From Verrucomicrobiota bacterium (lineage in GTDB: Bacteria; Verrucomicrobiota; Verrucomicrobiia; Limisphaerales; UBA9464), in NCBI GenBank assembly GCA_947454005.1, contig CANGMH010000002.1, positions 1 to 51,723 of the forward strand: a stretch of DNA of 51,723 nucleotides, written 5' to 3'. Below the pieces are notes generated by a model. It ran no database searches. It saw nothing but the letters and a program-made list of their open reading frames with translations, and was not told the DNA's origin. Shown piece by piece: positions 9,332-20,068 of the stretch. Made by a program: the position numbers and the translations under genes. The number at the start of each line of letters is the position of its first letter. Position 1 is the stretch's first letter.

Positions 9332-12298
9332 ATGCACCTTCGCCCGCTCCTCCTGTTCGGTCTTCTCGCGACCGTCCTCCGCCTGGCCGCCCAGACGCCC
9401 GAATGGATCTGGGGCCCGACGACCCCCGAGAACGAGACCCGCTATTTCCGCAGGACGATCACCATCCCGGCAGGCGTCCAACGCGGCGTCCTCACCGTCG
9501 CGGCCGACAACTCCGCGGAAGTGCGCCTGAACGGCAAGGTGGTCGCCAAGAACACCTCTTGGAACCAGCCCAAGACCGTGAAGCTCGGCGAACTCGCCGC
9601 CGGCCCGGCCACCATCGAGGTCACCGCAGGGAACGAAGGCAGCGCCGCGGGATTGCTGCTCACGCTCCAGCTTTTCCAGCGCGACGACCGGCACGAGACC
9701 ATCGTGACCGACGCGACCTGGGAGACGTCGCCGGACGGCAAGACCGGTTGGGCCGCGGCCAAGTCGCTCGGCGCCGTGGGCGTCCAACCTTGGGGCGACG
9801 TGCTCAAACCCGCCGTGGCCACGCCGGCCGCATCGTTGCAGGTCGCCGATGGGTTCAAGGTCGAGCTCCTGCGCTCGGCCTCGCCCGAGGAAGGTTCCTG
9901 GGTCTCGATGACCGTCGACCCGAAGGGCCGGCTGATCGTCAGCCCGCAGGGGAACGAACCGATGGAGCGGATCACGCTCGATGCCTCCGGCCAGGTCGCC
10001 AAGGTCGAGACCATCGACCTGCCGGTCCGTGGCGCGATGGGCCTCTTGGCCGCCTTCGACGCCCTGTACGTGAACGGCCAAGGTCCCGACGGCTATCATC
10101 TCTACCGTCTCCGCGACACCGACGGCGACGACCGCTACGACAAGGTCGAACTCGTCCGGAAATGGCAGGGCGGGCCCGGCGAACACGGCGCACACGGCAT
10201 CGTCAAAGGCGCCGACGACCACCTCTACGTCGTCTGCGGCAACTTCGTCGACGTCCCGTCGGACCAGACCGCCACGACCCGCGTGAAGCACTACGCCGAT
10301 GATCTCGTGCTGCCGCGCATGGAGGACGGCAACGGCTTCGGCGCCGGCCGCAAGCCGCCCGGCGGCTACGTCGTACGCCTCGACAAGGACGGCGGCAACG
10401 CCGAGGTCTTCGCCGCCGGCCAGCGCAACACCTACGACATCGCGTTCAACACGGACGGCGAGCTCTTCGGCTTCGATTCCGACATGGAATGGGATTGGGG
10501 CGCCCCTTGGTATCGCCCCACCCGCGCCTACCACATCGTCAGCGGCGGTGACCAAGGCTTCCGGGAAGGCAGCGCCAAATATCCCGTCTACTACGCCGAT
10601 TCGCTGCCTCCCGTGGTCGAGATCGGCATCGGATCGCCCACCGGCGTGCGCTTCGGCACCGGCGCCAAGTTCCCGGCCAAGTACCAGAAAGCGCTGTTCA
10701 TGATGGATTGGAGCTACGGCCGCATCGTCGCCGTCCACCTCAAGGAATCGGGCGCGAGCTACCTCGGCAGCTTCGAGACCTTCGTCAAAGGCAAGCCGCT
10801 CAACGTCACCGACCTCGAGGTCGGTCCGGACGGCGCCCTCTACTTCACCACCGGTGGACGCGGCACGCTGGCCGGCCTGTACCGCGTGAGCTACATCGGC
10901 GGCGAACGCACCGAGCCCGCGACGATGCGCACCGCGCAGTTCACCAAGGAACAGGCCGCGCGCAAACAACGCCGCGACCTCGAGCGCTTCCACTCGGTCG
11001 AGGACGAGACCGCGCTGCCCAAGATCTGGGCCGGACTCGCCTCGCCCGACCGCCACGTCCGCTTCGCCGCCCGCATCGCCCTCGAATCGCAGCCGGTCGC
11101 CAGCTGGAGGGACAAGGCCATCGCAGAGACCGATGCCAAGGCCGGCCTCACCGCGCTGCTCGCGCTCGCACGCCTCGGATCAACCGAAGACCAGGCGCCC
11201 CTGCTCAAGGCCATCGCGCGGTGGCCGCTCGATTCGCTCGACGAGGAATGGAAGCTCAACAAGCTCCGGCTCATCGAGGTCAGCTTCGCCCGTCACGGAA
11301 TCCCGGACGAGGTCCGTCCGCTCGCAATCGAGAAGCTCGGCAAGCAGTTCCCGTCCGGCTCCTGGCCGCTCGACCGTGAGCTGTCGCAGATCCTCGTCGC
11401 GCTCGACGCCCCGGGGATCGTCCAGAAGGTGCTCGCGCTCCGCGACAACTCCGCCACGCAGGAGGAGCAGCTCCACTACCAGGCCTCGCTGCGCAAGGCG
11501 AAGTCCGGATGGACCCTCGAAAACCGCCGCCGCTACTTCGCTTGGTTCAGCCGTCCGCAACCGCAGGACGGCGGCAACCAACCCTCCGGCCGCAGCGTCC
11601 GGCATCCGGATTTCTTCGTGAAATGGTTCAAGGACGTGGGCCTCGACGCCGGCAACGGCGCCAGCTTGGAGAATTTCCTCAAGAACCTGCGCAAAGAGGT
11701 GGTCGCCTCGCTGCCCGACAACGAGAAGGGCGAGCTCGCCGCCCTCATCACCGGCCAAGCGCCGGCGGTCGCAAAGCCCGCGCCCAAGCAACGCGCCTTC
11801 GTGAAGGATTGGAAGACCGACGACCTCTCCGCCGCCTTGCCCAAGACAGCGGGCGGACGCAGCTTCGCCCGCGCACAAGAGGTCTACACCGCCGCCCAGT
11901 GCGTCCTCTGCCACCAGTTCAACGGCCAGGGCGGAGCGGTCGGCCCCGATCTCACCGGCGTCGGCACGCGATACGCGCCGGTGGACATCCTCAAGTCGCT
12001 CACCGAGCCGAGCGCGGTCATCTCCGAGCAGTACCAGGCCCTCACCTTCACCCTGAAGAACGGCGACGAGGTCACCGGCCGCCTCATCGAAGACGCCGGA
12101 GACAAGCTCATCGTCGTCACCGACCCGCTGCACAACGGCCGGACCGAGCTCAAGAAATCCGACGTCGCCTCCCGGCAGGCCTCGAAGGTCTCGCCCATGC
12201 CCGAAGGATTGCTGAACAACTTCAGCCAGGACGAGATCCTCGACCTGCTCGCCTACCTCTTGGCCAACGGCAAGCCGGACGCTGCGGCGTTCAAATAG
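9332..12298 (+). CDS. PVC-type membrane-bound dehydrogenase-domain / HEAT-repeat / CxxCH heme-binding protein
   Basis: The real start is ATG 9332 (MHLRPLLLFGLLATVLRLAAQ signal peptide). The track ORF starting at 9002 overlaps mobA. The protein has a beta-propeller-like dehydrogenase region and helical repeats. It ends in a C-terminal cytochrome c motif, CVLCHQFNGQGGAVGPDL, followed by SPMPEGL. This architecture is typical of Planctomycetes/Verrucomicrobia. Confidence 0.85.
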   Translation: MHLRPLLLFGLLATVLRLAAQTPEWIWGPTTPENETRYFRRTITIPAGVQRGVLTVAADNSAEVRLNGKVVAKNTSWNQPKTVKLGELAAGPATIEVTAGNEGSAAGLLLTLQLFQRDDRHETIVTDATWETSPDGKTGWAAAKSLGAVGVQPWGDVLKPAVATPAASLQVADGFKVELLRSASPEEGSWVSMTVDPKGRLIVSPQGNEPMERITLDASGQVAKVETIDLPVRGAMGLLAAFDALYVNGQGPDGYHLYRLRDTDGDDRYDKVELVRKWQGGPGEHGAHGIVKGADDHLYVVCGNFVDVPSDQTATTRVKHYADDLVLPRMEDGNGFGAGRKPPGGYVVRLDKDGGNAEVFAAGQRNTYDIAFNTDGELFGFDSDMEWDWGAPWYRPTRAYHIVSGGDQGFREGSAKYPVYYADSLPPVVEIGIGSPTGVRFGTGAKFPAKYQKALFMMDWSYGRIVAVHLKESGASYLGSFETFVKGKPLNVTDLEVGPDGALYFTTGGRGTLAGLYRVSYIGGERTEPATMRTAQFTKEQAARKQRRDLERFHSVEDETALPKIWAGLASPDRHVRFAARIALESQPVASWRDKAIAETDAKAGLTALLALARLGSTEDQAPLLKAIARWPLDSLDEEWKLNKLRLIEVSFARHGIPDEVRPLAIEKLGKQFPSGSWPLDRELSQILVALDAPGIVQKVLALRDNSATQEEQLHYQASLRKAKSGWTLENRRRYFAWFSRPQPQDGGNQPSGRSVRHPDFFVKWFKDVGLDAGNGASLENFLKNLRKEVVASLPDNEKGELAALITGQAPAVAKPAPKQRAFVKDWKTDDLSAALPKTAGGRSFARAQEVYTAAQCVLCHQFNGQGGAVGPDLTGVGTRYAPVDILKSLTEPSAVISEQYQALTFTLKNGDEVTGRLIEDAGDKLIVVTDPLHNGRTELKKSDVASRQASKVSPMPEGLLNNFSQDEILDLLAYLLANGKPDAAAFK

Positions 12299-12330
12299 CC
12301 GTCCCAAGAACGGTCCGGTTCGGCGCCAAT

Positions 12331-12357
12331 GGCCGGGGAGATTCCCCGGCCGTTTTG
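12331..12357 (+). terminator. Rho-independent terminator after the heme-binding dehydrogenase gene
   Basis: GGCCGGGG-AGATT-CCCCGGCC (12331-12351) is followed by GTTTTG. Confidence 0.65.
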
Positions 12358-12825
12358 CGTTCCGACTAGCCAACCGGCGCGGATTGGAGAGTCCTGGTCT
12401 TAGCGGGCCTCACCCTGGCTCAGAAGGCGTGCTCCGGGATGCTCCTGCTGTAGTCCGATGGCGCGGACCATCCGGCGCAGGCGTGCCACATCACCCTGCA
12501 ACTGTCGCAGGCCGACCTGGGTTTCCACTTCGGATGCGAACCAAGAAGCAGACGGTCGACCCTGCTCCAGCCGTTCCAATCCGACCACCCTGTCCTGCAA
12601 ACGGTGGACCTGGATCGTCGTGGAGATGCAGTAACCGCACAAAGCGACCAGAGCGACACAGGGGAGGAGCGGCTTCTCGATCTTCACGGCCGCTCGGACT
12701 CGAAGTGGTCGTAGGGCGTTCAATGCCCGGATGGCTCACGCCGCAGGCGAATCGGTTCCGAGGAACGGATCCATCCCCGATGACGTGGTTGCCTTTGCCC
12801 GGCTTCGCACGAAGTCCGCGAGGTT

Positions 12826-13594
12826 TTGGAGTGCGGTAGTCCTCTACCGCTTTCGCTCCGCACCACAATCTTGCATCGCAATCTAACAGCCACCTACCGT
12901 TCCCTCATGCCCCAGCCGCCCACACCGTGGCCGCATGCGCCTTCTCACGCGCTCGCGCTTGGTGGCACCTACTTCGTCACCGCGGCCACTCTTCACAAGG
13001 TCCACCATTTCCGCGGCGCTGACCGCCTCCGGGTACTGGAGCGGGGCCTGCTCACTGTCGCCCGGGACTTCGGCTGGCAACTGGAAGCGTGGGCGGTGTT
13101 CTCGAACCACTATCACTTCGTCGCGCATTGCCCGGCGGACACCACGGATGCGACCAGCCTGTCGGCGATGTTGAAGACGCTGCATGTGAAGACCGGCGGT
13201 TGGCTGAACCGGATCGACGCGACGCCGGAACGGCAGGTGTGGTTCAATTACCGGGACACCCGCCTGACCCACCAGCGGTCCTACTTCGCACGGCTGAACT
13301 ACGTGCATCAGAACCCTGTGAAGCACGGCCTTGTGCCGGTTGCGAACCAGTATCCGTGGTGCTCCGCGGCGTGGTTCGAGCGCACCGTTTCTTCCGCAAA
13401 GGTGAAGAGCATCTACCGGTTCAAGACCGACAAGGTGTCGGTACCGGATGAGTTCGAGCCGGACGCGGATTGGTGAACTTCCGGGGGGAAGCGGTGGTCC
13501 TCTACCGCTTTGGGGGCGTGCCTTGGGGACAAGCGACTCACGTTTTCGTAGGCCGCACGGTGGCCGAAAGCGGTAGAGGACTACCGCACTCCAA
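12826..13594. mobile_element. REPtron-like unit: RAYT-type Y1 transposase gene bracketed by a perfect 29-bp inverted repeat
   Basis: 12826-12854 reads TTGGAGTGCGGTAGTCCTCTACCGCTTTC, and 13566-13594 is its exact reverse complement. Each copy contains the 18-nt hairpin GCGGTAG-TCCT-CTACCGC. Confidence 0.7.
12907..13476 (+). CDS. REP-associated tyrosine transposase (RAYT / IS200-like Y1 HUH transposase)
   Basis: 189 aa from ATG 12907. The HUH motif is in FSNHYHFVAH and the catalytic-Tyr region is LNYVHQNPVKHGLV. REP hairpins flank the gene. Confidence 0.85.
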   Translation: MPQPPTPWPHAPSHALALGGTYFVTAATLHKVHHFRGADRLRVLERGLLTVARDFGWQLEAWAVFSNHYHFVAHCPADTTDATSLSAMLKTLHVKTGGWLNRIDATPERQVWFNYRDTRLTHQRSYFARLNYVHQNPVKHGLVPVANQYPWCSAAWFERTVSSAKVKSIYRFKTDKVSVPDEFEPDADW

Positions 13595-13767
13595 GACGCT
13601 GGCGCGACTTCTCAAGCCTCGAGCTGACTCCGCGAGGTTTTGGAGTGCGCCAGTCCTCTGGCGCTTTGGTCGGGGCGTTCGGAAGGGACCACCGGCTCAC
13701 GTTTTCGAAGGTCCGTCCTCAGGACGAAAGCGGCAGAAGACCACCGGACTGAATGACGCTCGCGCGG
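13487..13767. repeat. Two tandem composite palindromic REP units (about 120 and 137 bp)
   Basis: Unit A spans 13487-13606, with REP hairpins at 13491-13508 and, inverted, at 13570-13587. Unit B spans 13631-13767, with a hairpin at 13647-13664 and a decayed inverted copy near 13727-13746. Both share the loop motif CTCACGTTTTCG (13537-13548 and 13696-13707) and the flanks CGCGAGGTTTTGGAGT / ACTCCAAGACGC. Confidence 0.7.
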
Positions 13768-13810
13768 TCAAAGACTGTGCCCGAAGGCCTACAAACCATG
13801 CGGCTCCCTA

Positions 13811-14359
13811 TCAATCAACAACCATCGCGGTTGATGTTGGTCTCTCCGCTTGCAGAAGTGCCAGCGCAACTGCCCACCGGCGACCGTTCACGAACAGCGC
13901 TAGTCCAACAATAAACGGGATGACAGCCTGTGAGATATCATAACCACTCATGCCTTGCCCGGAGTCTCCTGGACCTGATGCCGACGTTTTCAGCAGGTGA
14001 TGCACGCTGTTCAGAACTTGCGGCAGATGACTGCAGATGTAGAAGAGACCCACAGAAACAAAGGACACGGAATAGCAGTCCATCAGCGACATCGCGCCAA
14101 ACGAAAGCTCATGAGAAACACCACGAGTGACGAAACGTGCAATGGTCGGGGCAAAGAACCAGAGAAATACCGCGGCAATGATCAACCCCGCGAGCAGTAG
14201 CCAAGGCAGGGCGAAGAACGAACTTGAACCATCAAGAGGCGAACGCCCATAGAAGCGGAGGAACTGGATGATCTGCGGTATCAAATGAACAGCGAATCGA
14301 AGGACGAAATCGAGCGCCATCAGGCGAAGGACGACAACGATAAGGCTGTTGAGATTCAT
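13811..14359 (-). CDS. Orphan multi-pass membrane protein, low-GC gene, unknown function
   Basis: 182 aa with the ATG checked at 14359-14357 and 4-5 hydrophobic helices. I recognise no family. Sampled lines 13921, 14041 and 14281 count 32, 31 and 31 G+C out of 60, against 40/60 for the dnaN line at 14461. Confidence 0.55.
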   Translation of the reverse strand: MNLNSLIVVVLRLMALDFVLRFAVHLIPQIIQFLRFYGRSPLDGSSSFFALPWLLLAGLIIAAVFLWFFAPTIARFVTRGVSHELSFGAMSLMDCYSVSFVSVGLFYICSHLPQVLNSVHHLLKTSASGPGDSGQGMSGYDISQAVIPFIVGLALFVNGRRWAVALALLQAERPTSTAMVVD

Positions 14360-14408
14360 GACGCAGGGTTCGAATTTTTATAGTTCGGCCGCTCAAGCCG
14401 TGCGCCCC

Positions 14409-15521
14409 TCAGCTCATCCGCATCGGCATGATGACGTAGAGGAACGGCGTGTTGGTCTTCAGCACGCCGGGGCTCAGCTCGTCGATCAGCTCGAAGAACA
14501 CCTCGTCGCTGTCCAGCGCCTTGAGCGGGTCCAGCAGGTAGCCGGGGTTGAAGGCGATGGCGAAATCCTTGCCCTTGTAGTTGATGGCCAGGTTCTCGCG
14601 GGCCTCGCCGACCTCGGGGGTGTTGGCGGTGATGGCCAGCTGGTTGCGGCTGAAGCTGAGCTTCACCGAGTTGCTCTTGTCGCTGGTCATCAGCTCCGCG
14701 CGGCGCAGGGCGCCCAGGAACTCGTCCCGGGCCAACGCGATGCGCTCCTGGCATTCGCCGGGGATCACCTGCCGGTAGTTCGGATAGTTGCCGTCCACCA
14801 GCTTGGTGATGATGAGCACGCCGGGCCCGCCCTCGACGGTGCTGGTGGTGAAGGCGGCCTGGTTCTCGGAGAACTTGAGCTCCACGTTGCCGGCGCTGCC
14901 GAGCAGGCGGTTGAGCTCGTTGATGGCCTTGGTGGGGACGATGAAATCGGCCTGGCTCTCGGCGGGGACCTCGGCGTCCTCGTCGGTCATGGCGAGGCGG
15001 CGTCCGTCGGTGGCGACGAGGGCGATCTTGTGGTCCTTGAGGCTGAAGAAGATGCCGTTGAGCACGTAGCGGGTCTCGTCGGTGGAGACGGCGAAGCTGG
15101 TCTTGCGCAGCATGGCCTTGAGCTTGTCCTGCGGCAGCGTGACGGCGCGGGCCTGCTTGAAGACGGGCATGGGCGGGAACTCGTCCGCCGCGAGTCCGTT
15201 GATCTTGTAGAAGGAGGCCCCGGCTCGGAGGGTGCAGACGGATTTCTCGTCGATCTCCAGCTCGATCTCGCTGGCCGGCAGCTCCCGGGCGATGCCGAAC
15301 AGCTTCTTGACCGGCAAGGTGGCCTTGCCCTCTTTCTCAACCGTCGCGGCGACGGTGCTGGAGATGGTGACGTCGAGGTCGGTGGCCGTGAGCTCGAGTT
15401 TGCCGGCGGAGGCGGAGAGCAGGACGTTGGACAGGATGGGCAGGGTGGTGCGCGTGCCGACCACGTTCTGCACTGCCTGAAGGCCGTTGAGGAGGTGTTC
15501 CTTGGCGATCGTGAGTTTCAT
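14409..15521 (-). CDS. dnaN: DNA polymerase III subunit beta (sliding clamp)
   Basis: 370 aa from ATG 15521-15519. The sequence starts MKLTIAKEHLLNGLQAVQNVVGTRTTLPILSNVLLSA and ends PFLYVIMPMRMS, a typical beta-clamp. The 96-codon upstream extension in the track ORF is Arg/Pro-rich junk. Confidence 0.92.
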   Translation of the reverse strand: MKLTIAKEHLLNGLQAVQNVVGTRTTLPILSNVLLSASAGKLELTATDLDVTISSTVAATVEKEGKATLPVKKLFGIARELPASEIELEIDEKSVCTLRAGASFYKINGLAADEFPPMPVFKQARAVTLPQDKLKAMLRKTSFAVSTDETRYVLNGIFFSLKDHKIALVATDGRRLAMTDEDAEVPAESQADFIVPTKAINELNRLLGSAGNVELKFSENQAAFTTSTVEGGPGVLIITKLVDGNYPNYRQVIPGECQERIALARDEFLGALRRAELMTSDKSNSVKLSFSRNQLAITANTPEVGEARENLAINYKGKDFAIAFNPGYLLDPLKALDSDEVFFELIDELSPGVLKTNTPFLYVIMPMRMS

Positions 15522-15572
15522 CGGCCCTAAGTATTGTGTCTTCTTTTCAAGAAGAAAGCCATTAGTAGGGGG

Positions 15573-15581
15573 TGTGGATAA
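15573..15581 (-). promoter_or_regulatory. Perfect DnaA box (TTATCCACA on minus strand) upstream of dnaN
   Basis: The + strand reads TGTGGATAA, 52 nt upstream of the dnaN ATG. It lies inside the least GC-rich part of the intergenic region (line 15541 counts 26/60 G+C). Confidence 0.5.
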
Positions 15582-15784
15582 CACGTACAACTGCCTGTTG
15601 TGGCCATGCCCGCTTGGGCGGGACGAGGGTCGGCGATCGTGCATAGCCCGGCCAAGAACCCGCCTTCGGCTGTGGACGACCCGAGGAAGGGGAGTTGTCG
15701 GGTGGTTATCCGGTGGCTCCGGGAGGTTATGCGCAGGGTCGTTGGGCAAAACTCCGGCTAGCCCACCGGCCTTCGGCCGGTAGG

Positions 15785-17578
15785 ATGCGTCCCATGAAAC
15801 GGATCTCAACGCTCTGGCTCGGGTTCCTGCTGGCTTTTGCTGCCGGTGCGGCGACGCCGTTGCAGGAGCGGGCGGACCGGTTCTTGGCGGTGGTGAACGC
15901 GGGTTACCAGGCGCTCTACCGGGTCAACAGCGAGGCCCAGTGGGCGGCGGCGACCGACGTGAAGCCGGTCAACGACGCAGCCAGCGAGGCGGCGGGCAAG
16001 GCATACGCGGCGTTCAACGGGAATCCCGCCATCATCAGCGAGGCGAAGGCGCTCTTGGCGCAGCGCTCGGAGCTGACCGAGCTGCAGGTGCGGCAACTGG
16101 AGCGTGCGCTGCTCAACGCGGCGGAGGGGCCGATGACCGATCCTGTCCTGGTGAACCGGCGCATCGCGGCCGAGACGGCGCAGAATTCGACCCTGAACGG
16201 GTTCCAGTTCCGGCTCCGTGGAAGCAACGTTGTCGCTAACGACCTCGACAGGGTGCTCTCCAAGTCGACCGATCTGGCGGAACGGCGTGCGGCATGGGAG
16301 GCCTCCAAACTGACCGGTCCGGCTCTCAAGCCCGGATTGGTGACGTTGCAGGGCTTGCGCAACGGCGTCGCCCGCGAGCTGGGCCATTCCAACTACTTTG
16401 CCCTCCAGGTGGCCGGCTACGGCATGTCGGCGGACGAGATGCTGAAGCTGAACGAAGACTTCCTGCGGGAACTGCGTCCGCTGTACCTCCAGCTGCACAC
16501 GTGGGCGAAGCACAAGCTGGCGGCGAAGTACGGCCAGCCGGTGCCGGCGCGGATCCCGGCGCATTGGATCAACAACCGCTGGTCGCAGGAATGGGGCGGT
16601 CTGGTCGAGGCGGCCTCGCTCGACCGGTATTTCACCAACCGGACCCCGGAGAGCATCACGAAGACCGCGGAGCAGTTCTACATGGGCCTCGGGTTCCCGC
16701 CCTTGCCGAAGACCTTCTGGTCGCGGTCGGACCTGTTCCCGGCGGGTTCGGGTTCGGGCCGGCTCAAGAACTCCCACGCTTCGTGCTGGCACGTCGACCT
16801 GCAGGACGACATCCGGTCGTTGATGAGCGTGGAAGCGAACCCGTGGTGGTTCTACACCGCGCACCACGAGCTGGGGCACGGATACTACTTTATGGCGTAC
16901 ACGCGGCCGGAGGTGCCTCCCTTGCTGCGGACCGGAGCGAACCCGGCTTTCCACGAAGGCATCGGCGAGCAGATCGCGTTGGCGGCGGGGCAGACGCCGT
17001 ACCTGAAGACGGTGGGCGTGTTGCCGGCCGATTATCAGGAGGACCAGACGGCGACGCTGTTGGAGACGGCCTTGAGCCACGCGGTCCCGTTCCTGTTCTG
17101 GGCGAGCGGCACGATGACGCACTGGGAGCACGACTTGTACGCGAAGGATCTGCCGCCGTCGGAGTACAACGCGCGCTGGTGGCGGCATGTCGCGGATTTC
17201 CAGGGAGTGGAACCGCCGGCGGGGCCCGGGACGCGCGGCGAGGAGTTCTGCGACGCGGCCACCAAGACGCACATCAACGACAATCCCGCCTACTACTACA
17301 GCTACGCCATCGCGACGGTGCAGAAGTTCCAGATCCACGACCACATCGCCCGGCGGATCCTCCACCAGCCGCCGCAGTCCTGCGACTACGCGGGCAACAG
17401 GGAAGTGGGCGATTTCCTGAAGAAGTTCCTCTCGGTCGGAGCGACCCGCGATTGGCGGCAACTGCTGCGCGAGGCCACCGGCGAGGACCTGAGCACGCGG
17501 GCGATGAAGGATTACTTCGCACCGCTGCAGAAGTGGCTGGTGAAGGAGAACGCCGGCCGGAAGATCGGGTGGGAGTGA
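15785..17578 (+). CDS. Peptidase family M2 (angiotensin-converting-enzyme-like peptidyl-dipeptidase), secreted
   Basis: ATG 15785 precedes the signal peptide MRPMKRISTLWLGFLLAFAAGAA. The zinc motif is HHELGH in FYTAHHELGHGYYF. The downstream FHEGIGEQIAL matches the ACE third-ligand motif (HEAIGD). Confidence 0.85.
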   Translation: MRPMKRISTLWLGFLLAFAAGAATPLQERADRFLAVVNAGYQALYRVNSEAQWAAATDVKPVNDAASEAAGKAYAAFNGNPAIISEAKALLAQRSELTELQVRQLERALLNAAEGPMTDPVLVNRRIAAETAQNSTLNGFQFRLRGSNVVANDLDRVLSKSTDLAERRAAWEASKLTGPALKPGLVTLQGLRNGVARELGHSNYFALQVAGYGMSADEMLKLNEDFLRELRPLYLQLHTWAKHKLAAKYGQPVPARIPAHWINNRWSQEWGGLVEAASLDRYFTNRTPESITKTAEQFYMGLGFPPLPKTFWSRSDLFPAGSGSGRLKNSHASCWHVDLQDDIRSLMSVEANPWWFYTAHHELGHGYYFMAYTRPEVPPLLRTGANPAFHEGIGEQIALAAGQTPYLKTVGVLPADYQEDQTATLLETALSHAVPFLFWASGTMTHWEHDLYAKDLPPSEYNARWWRHVADFQGVEPPAGPGTRGEEFCDAATKTHINDNPAYYYSYAIATVQKFQIHDHIARRILHQPPQSCDYAGNREVGDFLKKFLSVGATRDWRQLLREATGEDLSTRAMKDYFAPLQKWLVKENAGRKIGWE

Positions 17579-17644
17579 ACGGCTTCACTCCGGCCGCTGG
17601 CGGAGGAGTGAAGCCTGCGGAAAAACGGACACGCGTCCGGCGGG

Positions 17645-17695
17645 CGAAAGCGGTGTCGGCGCTGCGCTCTGCCACCGCGCTCCAAGACGCGGACG
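17645..17695. repeat. Solitary REP-related element (variant with enlarged loop)
   Basis: GAAAGCGGTG-(17 nt)-CACCGCGCTCCAAGACGC shares the GAAAGCGGT...CCGC.CTCCAAGACGC frame with the inverted REPs at 13566-13600. It lies between two convergent peptidase genes. Confidence 0.45.
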
Positions 17696-17753
17696 CGACT
17701 GCGCGGGCACCGCGAGCTTCCGGAGCGCGGATGCCTTCATCCGCGCACGAGCG

Positions 17754-19928
<2,175 letters not shown>

Positions 19929-20068
19929 GCGCCGAGTGTGCGCCGCGGCGTCGGCGCCGCAACCGGCTTGTTTCCCAGGGTGCTCTGATCGACGCGATCG
20001 AACTGCTCGTCCGTCCGTCCTCCGTGGCGTACCTTCGGTCCCGGCGGCGCGTCCTGCGCGGCCCAACT

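Noticed and set aside
12400-12723. A 107-aa minus-strand ORF with one hydrophobic helix and a coiled-coil-like tail
   Set aside because: The only possible start is TTG (12723-12721), with no in-frame ATG near the N-terminus. I recognise no family, and it lies in a 600-bp gap next to REP elements. It may be real, but I cannot support it.
13487-13767. Tandem repeats considered as a mini CRISPR array
   Set aside because: There are only two units, and each unit is itself an imperfect palindrome built from inverted REP hairpins. Spacing is irregular, there are no cas genes, and a RAYT gene lies adjacent. I interpret them as REP/BIME-like elements.
14367-14375. GGTTCGAAT, a tRNA T-loop-like motif between dnaN and the low-GC gene (possible tRNA or att remnant)
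   Set aside because: The flanks (GCAGG ... TTTTTAT) cannot form a T-stem, and no acceptor or anticodon arms can be drawn. The match is probably chance, and I cannot support a tRNA fragment.
15695-15784. A 30-codon N-terminal extension of the M2 peptidase in the track ORF
   Set aside because: The extension would cover the DnaA-box-like sites and is Gly/Arg-rich. The ATG at 15785 is immediately followed by a canonical signal peptide.
14409-15784. A canonical dnaA-dnaN origin arrangement
   Set aside because: dnaA is not present upstream of dnaN, nor anywhere in the window. Only one perfect DnaA box is seen, so an oriC call cannot be made from this window alone.
17581-17746. Two GC hairpins (17581-17615 and 17725-17746) considered as intrinsic terminators for the convergent peptidase genes
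   Set aside because: The stems are good (11 and 9 bp), but neither is followed by a U-tract in the appropriate orientation. They may be part of the REP-related element, so I did not call them terminators.
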